In this document: piece after piece, positions 54,701-62,435 of the stretch
How the letters are laid out: each line of letters opens with the position of its first letter
How positions within the stretch are numbered: position 1 is the first letter of the stretch
Assembly: GCA_032718475.1 (NCBI GenBank)
Contig: JAUCBJ010009125.1
Location: forward strand, 1-64,000
DNA: 64,000 bases
DNA from: Nemertoderma westbladi
Lineage: Eukaryota > Animalia > Xenacoelomorpha
Reading direction: 5' to 3'
Made by a program: the position numbers and the translations under genes
The notes under the pieces: model-generated
Database searches by the model: none
What the model was told of the DNA's origin: nothing
What the model saw: only the letters and a program-made list of their open reading frames with translations

Positions 54701-57700
54701 ACCCGTTATTCAGTGTAGGGCACCTTGTTACCCGTTATTCAGTGTATGACACCTTGTTACCCGTTATTCAGTGTAGGGCACCTTGTTACCCGTTATTCAG
54801 TGTATGACACCTTGTTACCCGTTATTCAGTGTAGGGCACCTTGTTACCCGTTATTCAGTGTAGGGCACCTTGTTACCCGTTATTCAGTGTATGACACCTT
54901 GTTACCCGTTATTCAGTGTAGGGCACCTTGTTACCCGTTATTCAGTGTAGGGCACCTTGTTACCCGTTATTCAGTGTAGGGCACCTTGTTACCCGTTATT
55001 CAGTGTAGGGCACCTTGTTACCCGATATTCAGTGTAGGGCACCTTGTTACCCGTTATTCAGTGTAGGGCACCTTGTTACCCGCTATTCAGTGTAGGGTAC
55101 CTTGTTACCCGTTATTAAGTGTAGGGCACCTTGTTACCTGTTATTCAGGGTAGGGCACCTTGTTACCCGTTATTCGGTGTAGGGTACCTTGTTACCCGCT
55201 ATTCAGTGTAGGGCACCTTGTTGCCCGTTATTCAGTGTAGGGCACCTTGTTACCTGTTATTCAAGTGTTTCTAGCAGAACTTATTGTTAAGCCGCAACAA
55301 CGATGTTCTTATGAGAATAAACATACAACAAATAGAGCTTTTCCGATGTCCAAATAACTTATCAAATTACTTTCAACCTTCGCAGGTGAAATAATATCTG
55401 GTTTACTTGTCGGTCTTCACATAATCGACTGTGATCTCTGCCTTGACGACCCTTCTCTAGACGCACCTCCAGGCACTATAGACTTCGCCCTTTACCTTAA
55501 GGACGCAAACACGTTGCAGAAATCACTCCAGGTTAGTCACTTGTAACTCACATATCGAGTACATGTGGGGTGGGAGTTGTTGGTGGATGTGATAAAGTGC
55601 ACGTGCTTGGGGACTTCGCGCAGCACTAAGTCCAGATGAGCCTCTGCGTAGCAGTATAATCATTGAACCTTCCAAATTTCAGATGAATCTGGTGTCTTGT
55701 TTTATAATTATTATAGCTATTTCTAGGTTTCTTATCATTAGCACCGTCTAGTGGCCGACAGAGGTACTATCTATATAAATAAAGTCTGTCTGTGTATAGA
55801 ATTTCTCAACTTATTGACTACATATGTACCAAGTTTGTTTCCTTTTCATCAATGATTAGGGATTGGTAATGAATGTTGGGTGTTGGGAGGTCATTAGGAC
55901 GTAAATCGCAGAAATACAATGAATTAACTTTGTAAGCATTAGAACTCCATGCTCCACAAATAACTTTAAGGTCAGCCATCCCAAACATGAATTTAAGAGG
56001 TGAAATTTGTTTTTGTCCAGTAGATATTAATGCGGAAGGATGCCATTAGGGTTCGAACCCGAAATAAAAATAACACGAGTTGGGCGGCACAGCGCTGGTT
56101 TGGGTACCATCGATGGACATTTTTCTACTGGACCAAAATCATAAATTATTTAACGAAAATTTTATATTGAACTTATATTTTGCGACCGTTTTTTCTAACA
56201 TGTATTACTGGTCCTGTTTTGATAAATGTATATTCTCTCTCACACGAATGTAAACAACTAAATCAATCAAACACACATTTTATTATCATATATCAAACTT
56301 GTAACGTTGCATTAGCAGCTAAAAATTACGGATTAATTGGTAATTGAAACTTTAATCTTGTCTTGTTTATTTGTTTAAGCAGGATGCGAGTATACGGTCG
56401 CAATCAGCCAACAATAACTCCAATCCAATGGAATGGGAAAATGAGTTGTTAGACCAGAACAATTACCTGCAGGAAGTCAACGAAAGGTTAAGAAAGAAAT
56501 CCGTGGAACTTCAGCATAAACTCACGGCAATGGGGGAAGGGCACGCGGAAACCAAACGGTTACTGGCAGAGGCAAACAATGAGGTTATATCGTTACAAAT
56601 CGATAACACAAGGTAAGTGATAGAGTGGGGAGGGGACATAATAATGTGAGGACAATGTGAGAACGATAAAATGAGGACATTAATGGGAGGGGACATTGTG
56701 GCAAGAGTGCTGCAATCATTAAGGTAGTGCGACACGAGTGGACAGCGTTTATTTGGTGTAACACGATAAAATTAATGTCGAGGCAGTGTGACACCGTTGC
56801 CCAGGTGGATAGAGAATCATCACTTACATCTTATTATAGTGAAATAATAAAAAGAAAAACTGGCTGTCATTTTCATTTAATGACCTACTAAAAAGTAAAA
56901 AGGACTATTTTATTCGATAAAAAAAAGTAAGCCGAAAACACCGCTTTTTTCACTCATTTTCAATTTAGCGAAATTCAACGATTCTATCCGAGTGGTTGAG
57001 TTTTACAAGAGTTGGCAGGTTTTTAGCACGAGCGAAGCGAAGTTCTGTTAAAATGCAAACGAGTGGAAATCTCAATACACGAGGGCAGAATAACTGAATT
57101 TTGCTAAAGAAAATGAGTGACAAGTGTTTTCCGTTACGTTTTTATATCAAATATATTGTTTTATTTGAAAAAAATATCACCAGCGTTACCATTATTTACG
57201 ACGATAATACTCTATTAATGCTGCCCACGCTTTCAGATAGATATCCTAAGATTTCTGAGTCAGTAGCTCCGAAAACATCGCGTCATCTTCGAGCACGTAC
57301 GGATCGTCAATATTTAAGCCTACCACTAGGTCCGGTAATGCTAACCTACTGTGTACAAGTACCGGTACCGGTACTGTGTAAACGGAAGTTTGTTTGAGCT
57401 AGCTGTACAGTAAGCTAAAATCAGTTAAAAAATACTTTTTTTTAACTAATTTGCAGCAAAATTAGTTAAAAAAGAACTTTTTTCCAGAAAATTAGTGAAA
57501 AAATGTTAGATTAATTAACTCAATTTTAAAAATATTAGTGAGAATAAGAGCCTTTTTCAAATAAAAATCATATTCACTAAATTTTATAGGAAAATCTCAA
57601 CACTTATTAATTAAAAATACATAAGGAACAGATACAGGTTACTGGGGCATGTTATTCTAACCAAAACAATAAACGAAAATAACATGTTACAATTTTATGG

Positions 57701-60700
57701 TTGTTAATAAAAAATACGTTTTTTTAGTGATAATAAAAATATTTTAGCGGAGATATAATTGAGTGAAAAAATTTATTGAAAATATTTAATTTAGTAGAAA
57801 AACCAATTGTCTTAGTGACCAATATACAATTAAATCACAAAAATATATTGTACTAGTATATTTTACGTCTACATTAGATTACAGGATAAATGTACACAAT
57901 TGGACAGCCTGTATTCACGAACTATTAAGGAAAATTTTTTCGATATGGAAATAGAGAAGGAAGCTTATCAGAGAAGCAAATCGGGGTTAGATGAGTTGTA
58001 CATCAACTTGCGGAAACAACTAGACGAATCCAACAGCCAATGTGCCGAACTTAACAAGGAAATTAAACTACAGGTTAAATTATAGCCATAACAGAACCCT
58101 AGAAGCAGCTGCATCGAAATTCACAAAAGTTTTAAAAAACCCAACCCACCCCACACCAGGTCGAAAATCTATAATTGATCAAAAATAATTAATAGTCGAT
58201 AATAATCGATCGAATTTTTTTTTCATTTCCGATGAATTTTTCACTATATAAAATATCAAACTCACTTTTTTTAAATTTCTGAATAAATCTGCATAAAGTG
58301 TTATAATAACCTGCATATTATGTACTGTAATCACTCATACTCCATTCATTATTTAATGAAAAAAACCGCTCGCTTCAGCACAATGCGAAGTAAAGGGCCG
58401 CTTTACACAGTAAATTTTCGAAATATTAAGCATTTATTTACGTATTACAACAATGAACATTTTTCAAATAGTAACCAATAAATAATTTAACAGATTTGTA
58501 TTACAATTACATTGGTAATAATCGAAAATGATCGATAAATCGGTACTACACCAAATTTCAAGACACTTGGCCTCTTATTCTAGTTATTTCTCCATTTGTG
58601 AAATAGTAAAATAGGTAAAACTATTGAATTAATTTAAATTGGTGATTCTTTATTTACATAACGTTAAAGAAATTCTGTATTCAATAGACCAAATTATGTT
58701 TTGTAGAAAACATTAAGAAAGGAAATGGAATCAGCGATAAACACGATGGAAGATGAACTCAGAGAAAGAGGCGACACGGTAAAGAGTTTGAGACGACAGA
58801 TGGACGATCTGAAGGCCATTAACGTAGGCATGTACAACAAACTGCAGGAGAGTGAAAGAAGGCTGAAAGAGAAAAGCTACAAAGTGGACCAATTACAAAA
58901 CGCGAATAGAGCGGAATGGAAGACCTGCGACCGAACAAATCCCGGCGGTAGATGAATTAACTACCAACCCAATAAACCCATTGCTAATAAACTGCCATAC
59001 AATGTGCTCCAAGTCGATTTTATATAAAAACAGAAGCTTTTTAAGTGTTATATTCACAATCGCAATAACAATTAAATAATTTACGCAATAAATAATAAAT
59101 AAATTTTATGGAAATGATAACTGTGTTTATTAAACCAAGTTAAATTAATAAATAAACTAACGTTTTAAATGTTTTTAAATTGCTAACATGGATTTTTTAT
59201 CATCAGTTTGTTGAAACTTTAATCCTTAAGGGGTACAAGTTAAAATATCATATAGGTACCGTTATTATTATTATTATTATTATTATTGAAAGTATTTATG
59301 AGGCACCGTATACCGGGCTATTTTTTGGCCTCCGGATATGTCTCTGGTTCCCGGGTGATGAAAACAGACATTTTACCCAGAGATCAGTGATTTTACAAAT
59401 TAGAATTAGATATGTATCTTGTACAACATAAAATAGTTATAGAAAATAGTTCTCAGTTCATAATTACCTGTTTGTGCTATAATCAAATTGTAAGTACAAA
59501 AATAATCGAAGTCTCTGATCTCCGGCTCTGGTCTCCGGTATTTTTCAAAATAATTCTCCGGGTAGGTCTCTGGTTCACCGGGATTAAGAAAATCAGGTCT
59601 CTGTTTCAACTCTAGTATACGCGGGGTTCTAGGCGCCTAGGCGCACAGTAAAATTTAAAGACATGTTGTAATTGTAAAAATAACTTAAAGAAAATGCTCA
59701 ATAAATAAAATTAAAGCGATGATAGTAGTTCTAATTGTAGGTTTTGCTCTTAAATAAGTTTAGGGTTGGTGACGAACGAACATCCAGTGGAAGATTGTTC
59801 CAAATTAATGGCTACAGATTTTTCATAAGAATATTAAATTTATATCAAAACATTGACAAAAATTTATTATGACAAACAAACAAGCAGCTTTTTTGAATAC
59901 AAAACTAAATAATGTGAACATTGTAAACAATTATTAATTAAGAACATTTTCTAACCTGAATTATTTTGGACAGAATAAAAGCTCCTTTAGAGGAAATCCC
60001 AGAACATGTTAGATCCAACCAGCTGATACACATCGTGTTCTTTATACCCCATGATAAAACTGTAAAATAGATTTAATTTAGTTATCTAACATATTTATTT
60101 TATACGGAATAAATAATAAATTAATTGTTGCGGCTGCGGGGTGACGGTGAATTAAATATAAATAGTGTAATAGGACAGCATGATAAAGCTCTCCATAGCG
60201 AAAAATAAAAAACAGACCCTATTGGGGTTCGAACCAGGTACCTAGGTTTCAAACTTCCGGTTATCATCAGCCGGGTGAGTGTGTCTATGACAACAGAGCT
60301 ACCAGGAAGGATGAAGAAGTTATTCGCCTAGTGGGCTGTACTTTCCTTTGAGTGGTTGTAAAAATGGAAAAAACCATAACGAATAAATTCTTCAGCCGTC
60401 CTGTTAGCGGTAGCTCAGTTGTCATAGACACACACACACACCAGGCTGAAGATAACCGGAAGTTTGAAACCTAGGTACCGGGTTCGAGCACCAATGAGGT
60501 CGGTTGATATTTTCCGCTATGAAGATCATATTCATATTGTTCTATAATACATCGAATATATAAATAATAGATACAATTAAGTAAATATTGCATATATATA
60601 CTCCTCGGTCTAGCGAGGAAAGAAAATAAACGTAGAAAGTTTGAGAATTAATAATCAGGGTTGCCATTCTAGTTCAGTTTTAATGACATTTCCCTGACTT

Positions 60701-62435
60701 TTTGAAAAAATTCCCTGACTGCCTGCTAGCAGGTTCACAGCATTTTTATAAAATATAGAGTATATTATTTTATTGACCGCTTTATTATATTCCAAACAAA
60801 GTTAAGCGATTCGAGTGCGCCTATATATTTAGTGATGTGAGGAAATCGAATGGCGAGCGAATCGATCACAGAACATTTTACAGGTTTTCGCTTGTTTATA
60901 AAACTTGTCCTGTACATTCACTGACGTTTACCTGATTTGTCCATTTTTTACAAGAATTCCCTGACAAAAAATGAAATTCGCTGACTATTCCAGGTATTCC
61001 AGGTGAGTGGCAACCCTGATAATAGAAAGATAATTGATCAGATGACGCGAAAACTGCAATAGTTTGTAAATATAATTGCTAGATTTTATTAAGAATGGTT
61101 GTAAATATATTAGGTGTATAATTAATGGAGATTCAAAATCTTCAAGTTTTTCTCTATCAAAACAAAGTTCAATATATTTAGTTAGCGATATATTCAATAT
61201 ATTAAATGAAATGACTTGATGACTTACCCTCTAAGCCTTTGTCGCGGATGTCTGTAAATGCGAGTGACAATGTAGTTAGTGAGGTTGACTCCTTCAGACC
61301 TTGAGCTAAAATCTGGAAATAAATACGGTGAATTGGATAAACGGACCAGTTGATAAATGTAATAATTAATATTAATATAACCCAATAACCGATGCACTGA
61401 TTGGTGTGATTAGGAACTCAATATAAGGTACAAACAAACCTTCAAGTCTGTGTTTCTGAGAGACAATCCCTCGAGTTCTAGAACCTTTAAGGACGAATTA
61501 ATCAGCAAACAATCCCGGAGACTGGAGCAGAGATTCTCGGCAACTAATCGATCGCGAACGGAAGGACAACGGGGTTTCAGTTTAATCGATTTACTTCCTA
61601 TTAAAAATAATAATAAAGAGTCAGGAGTAATATAGTTCGGATGATACTAGGTGTGTGTGTACGGTAATCAGAATTCCGGCCGGAAGGGAATTACACCCCA
61701 AGTCTATCAACCTACATACATACATAGAACACATACATGGGGAAGGGGGGGGGGGGGGGGGGTGTTGGGATTGGTGACGGTTTTTCCCATTTAATCTACC
61801 TTTGGTTGTATCTCCTGGCTCGTAGTAACTACGCAACGCTATCACTCTCAATCCCCTGTTGACCTTCACGCAGTTGAGAAAAGGTGACCAGTCGTCCATT
61901 TTCAGTCGGTCTGAATTTAGATCGACCACACGTTCCTGTACAAATAGATAGTATGTAACTGGTAGCTATAAAAAAATTCTGGAATTAGGAAAGGTGCCGT
62001 TAAGTAAGTTTCACGTTTTCACGCACAATTTACGAAATTAACAAACATTCTACATATTATGGTCCTAAGATATGTCTACCCTGACTCTTCTTTCCTCTAA
62101 AAAAGCAAATAGTAAATTAAATTCTGAATTAGGTTCGGATTATCAAACTTATCAACGTAGCAGTTTGTTTTGCAGTCTGCAGATAATTTGCACATTATAT
62201 GCTACATTGGTCTCCAGTACACCTGGCTGTTACACCTGGCTGGCTACGACCGGCTGTTACACTCTTAATGGGTTGACACTTTCGATCTAGGATCCGTCAG
62301 ACCTACCTGGACGTGAGCTTTGACAGCAGGTACGGGAACTGAGTCCTGGAGAAGACACAAGTTGTCATAGTGAGAAGCGAAGTCGTATGCCCCTCTCTGT
62401 CGCTCCGCTACTGACTGGATGAGGCTTGTACCCAT
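507..62435 (-). CDS. CEP78: Centrosomal protein of 78 kDa (CEP78), 14 exons, ~792 aa
   Basis: join(-): 62307-62435, 61800-61935, 61440-61597, 61228-61312, 59956-60059, 12882-13055, 12218-12332, 9524-9680, 8802-8936, 7155-7383, 6866-7028, 6293-6416, 924-1377, 507-722. All introns are GT-AG and phases are continuous (2379 nt). Motifs [64 protein letters not shown] and FNTFLDLLRDAGLGKL match recalled CEP78 motifs. Confidence 0.93.
924..1377 (-). CDS. CEP78: CEP78 exon 13 (disordered C-terminal region)
   Basis: Starts (G)LGKLTSLVG, continuing the DAGLG motif; open to ESVVEP; GTAAGT donor. Confidence 0.82.
2100..2331. mobile_element. MITE-like dispersed repeat, copy A
   Basis: Near-identical to 5593-5857; imperfect TIR GCTACTGACCGGACC...GGGTCTGGTCAGTAGC; internal AGGAGCAGGTTACAG...AACCAAAACAATAAACG also seen at ~8490 and ~57635. 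Confidence 0.65.
3036..3521 (+). pseudogene. Truncated NAD(P)-binding Rossmann-fold (atypical SDR / flavin-reductase-like) oxidoreductase
   Basis: Intronless ORF with LIVGGTGATGRQVVEQLL (GxxGxxG), AIVRSPD, AVISCLGH, KFILMNT. A likely frameshift at ~3477 puts MLLPP in the +1 frame, then the sequence runs into degenerate 21-bp repeats. No C-terminal half was found. Confidence 0.7.
3687..4749. repeat. 21-bp minisatellite (GTTTTAACACAATATTTATTC)n, ~50 copies
   Basis: Directly visible; source of the spurious VLKRINI ORF; degenerate copies from ~3490. Confidence 0.97.
5593..5857. mobile_element. MITE-like dispersed repeat, copy B
   Basis: Same family and orientation as 2100-2331; TIR GACTACTGACCGGACCC...GGGTCCGGCCAGTAGCC. 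Confidence 0.65.
6293..6416 (-). CDS. CEP78: CEP78 exon 12
   Basis: DDRVLKQIETTFAKFNTFLDLLRDAG; CAG acceptor, GTAAGT donor, phase 2. Confidence 0.88.
6866..7028 (-). CDS. CEP78: CEP78 exon 11 (coiled coil)
   Basis: ELRDRLSREREARQRSDSRVVDLEIENSRLRR; CAG acceptor, GTTAGC donor. Confidence 0.85.
7155..7383 (-). CDS. CEP78: CEP78 exon 10
   Basis: GC-rich open exon LGRVEGYPPE...AKDDDWR; CAG acceptor, GTCAGT donor; phases fit neighbours. Confidence 0.75.
8802..8936 (-). CDS. CEP78: CEP78 exon 9
   Basis: ...KPGADGFVPWRTGAR; CAG acceptor, GTTTGT donor. Confidence 0.82.
9524..9680 (-). CDS. CEP78: CEP78 exon 8
   Basis: DREALRTLMERCLLNGGGAEDGSYSWQKV...; CAG acceptor, GTGAGT donor, phase 2 matching exon 9. 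Confidence 0.8.
12218..12332 (-). CDS. CEP78: CEP78 exon 7 (LRR)
   Basis: [38 protein letters not shown]; CAG acceptor, GTTAGT donor. Confidence 0.92.
12882..13055 (-). CDS. CEP78: CEP78 exon 6
   Basis: [58 protein letters not shown]; CAG acceptor, GTGAGT donor. Confidence 0.93.
13907..14084 (+). CDS. RUFY3: RUFY exon 1
   Basis: MMAKTPT...DTMYLCNFRVSVDGDWLCLRELDDV...; GTTAGT donor, phase 1. Confidence 0.85.
13907..58955 (+). CDS. RUFY3: RUFY-family protein (RUN domain + coiled coil, RUFY3/RUFY2-like, no FYVE), 8 exons, ~514 aa, nested antisense in CEP78 intron 5
   Basis: join(+): 13907-14084, 47854-48102, 49125-49293, 51990-52117, 55386-55531, 56383-56612, 57878-58073, 58707-58955. GT-AG introns, phases continuous (1545 nt). 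The N-terminal TMYLCNFRVSVDGDWLCLRELDD and RUN motifs ERANLVN, VLQHGL, GRCRVWLRLALMKK, GLLVGLHIIDC match the recalled RUFY family. Paralog assignment is uncertain. Confidence 0.88.
14110..46590. repeat. 42-bp satellite (TTGTTACCGGTACTAATAGTATATCGCCTACCCTGTATGTGT)n, ~770 copies, with higher-order repeats
   Basis: Directly visible; identical variant patterns recur at a 7065-bp offset (ORF track 21385/28450/35515). Confidence 0.99.
19960..20059. other. Assembly gap (100 N)
   Basis: Run of N within the satellite. Confidence 0.99.
46891..47212. mobile_element. Palindromic MITE/foldback element (~125-bp inverted arms)
   Basis: GTTGTATGTATTTGCTTCCGCTGCGGGCC versus GGCCCGCAGCGGAAGCAAATACATACAAC. 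Confidence 0.7.
47375..47545 (+). mobile_element. Degenerate SINE copy with expanded internal G tract
   Basis: CTAAATGAGTAG...GGGGAGTATAGTTCTG(G)n...GAAATAAGACC. Confidence 0.55.
47854..48102 (+). CDS. RUFY3: RUFY exon 2
   Basis: CAG acceptor, phase 1; AIERANLVNICNLTVKHVVE...RQLFT; GTTAGT donor. Confidence 0.85.
48224..48507. mobile_element. Inverted-repeat element of the GC-hairpin (CACGAAGTGAGCAAAGCCTTAGC) family
   Basis: CACGAAGTGAGCAAAGCCTTAGC...CCATTAACGAGTTGTCTGTCG is mirrored by CGACAGACAACTCGTTAATGG...GCTAAGGCTTTGCTCACTTCGTG. Confidence 0.6.
48940..49070 (+). mobile_element. 5'-truncated copy of the same SINE
   Basis: CTAAATGAGTAC...GGGGAGAATAGTTCTGGGGGACCGCACTGGAAATAAGTC. Confidence 0.6.
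49125..49293 (+). CDS. RUFY3: RUFY exon 3 (RUN domain)
   Basis: VLETVLQHGLQVRKSWL...FWRVLE...IPHVKTLLGR. Confidence 0.88.
49720..50560. repeat. Long inverted repeat (~370-bp arms), probably two Helitron/Helentron-like copies in opposite orientation
   Basis: AATCAACTTAATTAACTAATTAACTGCTATTATCTTAGCTTCTCGAAGGCCAC is mirrored at ~50315-50367; CATGTGTACCAAGTTTGG is mirrored; ACAG-type microsatellite at the inner ends. Confidence 0.75.
51458..51738 (-). mobile_element. Non-autonomous Helitron
   Basis: On the - strand it begins TC and ends CTAG, inserted between A and T; internal (GA)n/GACA microsatellite; imperfect subterminal GC hairpin. Confidence 0.6.
51740..51882. repeat. Tandem duplication of ~67 bp (period ~78)
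   Basis: TACCACTAGCCATATGTAGTATAATATTTGGTGTTGATACTTGGGGCAGAGTATAAA occurs twice. Confidence 0.85.
51990..52117 (+). CDS. RUFY3: RUFY exon 4 (RUN domain)
   Basis: CRVWLRLALMKKTLSSLLRVL...LYNEWAVLLHEEG; CAG acceptor, GTATGC donor. Confidence 0.9.
52362..52610 (+). mobile_element. tRNA-derived SINE
   Basis: A box TGGCGTAGTGG (52367), B box GGTTCGATCCC (52420); 3' part GGGGAGTATAGTTCTGGGGGGACCGCACTGGAAATAAGTC also found at ~47390-47540 and ~48940-49070. Confidence 0.7.
52833..55265. repeat. 29-bp minisatellite (GGGCACCTTGTTACCCGTTATTCAGTGTA)n, ~84 copies, in RUFY intron 4
   Basis: Directly visible tandem repeat. Confidence 0.97.
55386..55531 (+). CDS. RUFY3: RUFY exon 5 (end of RUN domain)
   Basis: EIISGLLVGLHIIDCDLCL...IDFALYLKD; not in the ORF track; CAG acceptor, GTTAGT donor. 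Confidence 0.88.
56383..56612 (+). CDS. RUFY3: RUFY exon 6 (coiled coil)
   Basis: LLDQNNYLQEVNERL motif; GTAAGT donor, phase 2. Confidence 0.85.
57878..58073 (+). CDS. RUFY3: RUFY exon 7 (coiled coil)
   Basis: EKEAYQRSKSGLDELY...ELNKEIKLQ; TAG acceptor, GTTAAA donor. Confidence 0.83.
58707..58955 (+). CDS. RUFY3: RUFY exon 8 (terminal)
   Basis: KTLRKEMESAI...LRRQMDDLKAINVGMYNKLQ...GGR*; AATAAA at ~58971 and ~58986. Confidence 0.8.
   Translation, partial: KTLRKEMESAINTMEDELRERGDTVKSLRRQMDDLKAINVGMYNKLQESERRLKEKSYKVDQLQNANRAEWKTCDRTNPGGR
59956..60059 (-). CDS. CEP78: CEP78 exon 5 (LRR)
   Basis: VLSWGIKNTMCISWLDLTCSGISSKGAFILSKIIQ; CAG acceptor, GTTAGA donor, phase 0 joining exon 6 at 13055. 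Confidence 0.88.
60150..60565. mobile_element. Palindromic element whose arms carry tRNA-like A/B boxes
   Basis: Right arm GGTAGCTCAGTTG...GGTTCGAGC; the left arm is its reverse complement (e.g. GGTACCTAGGTTTCAAACTTCCGGTTATC versus GATAACCGGAAGTTTGAAACCTAGGTACC). Confidence 0.65.
60656..61018. mobile_element. hAT-like MITE with 5-bp TSD
   Basis: Perfect TIR CAGGGTTGCCA...TGGCAACCCTG, flanked by ATAAT on both sides; subterminal TTCCCTGAC repeats. Confidence 0.75.
61228..61312 (-). CDS. CEP78: CEP78 exon 4 (LRR)
   Basis: ILAQGLKESTSLTTLSLAFTDIRDKGLE; CAG acceptor, GTAAGT donor. Confidence 0.9.
61440..61597 (-). CDS. CEP78: CEP78 exon 3 (LRR)
   Basis: PSVRDRLVAENLCSSLRDCLLINSSLKVLELEGLSLRNTDLK; TAG acceptor, GTTTGT donor, phase 0. 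Confidence 0.88.
61800..61935 (-). CDS. CEP78: CEP78 exon 2
   Basis: ERVVDLNSDRLKMDDWSPFLNCVKVNRGLRVIALRSYYEP; acceptor CAG, donor GTAGAT, phase 1. Confidence 0.9.
62307..62435 (-). CDS. CEP78: CEP78 coding exon 1
   Basis: ATG at 62435; [43 protein letters not shown]; donor GTAGGT, phase 0. Confidence 0.9.

Noticed and set aside
53130-54979. Cys/Pro-rich ORFs (LLPVIQCRAPCYPLFSV)
   Set aside because: Translations of the 29-bp minisatellite.
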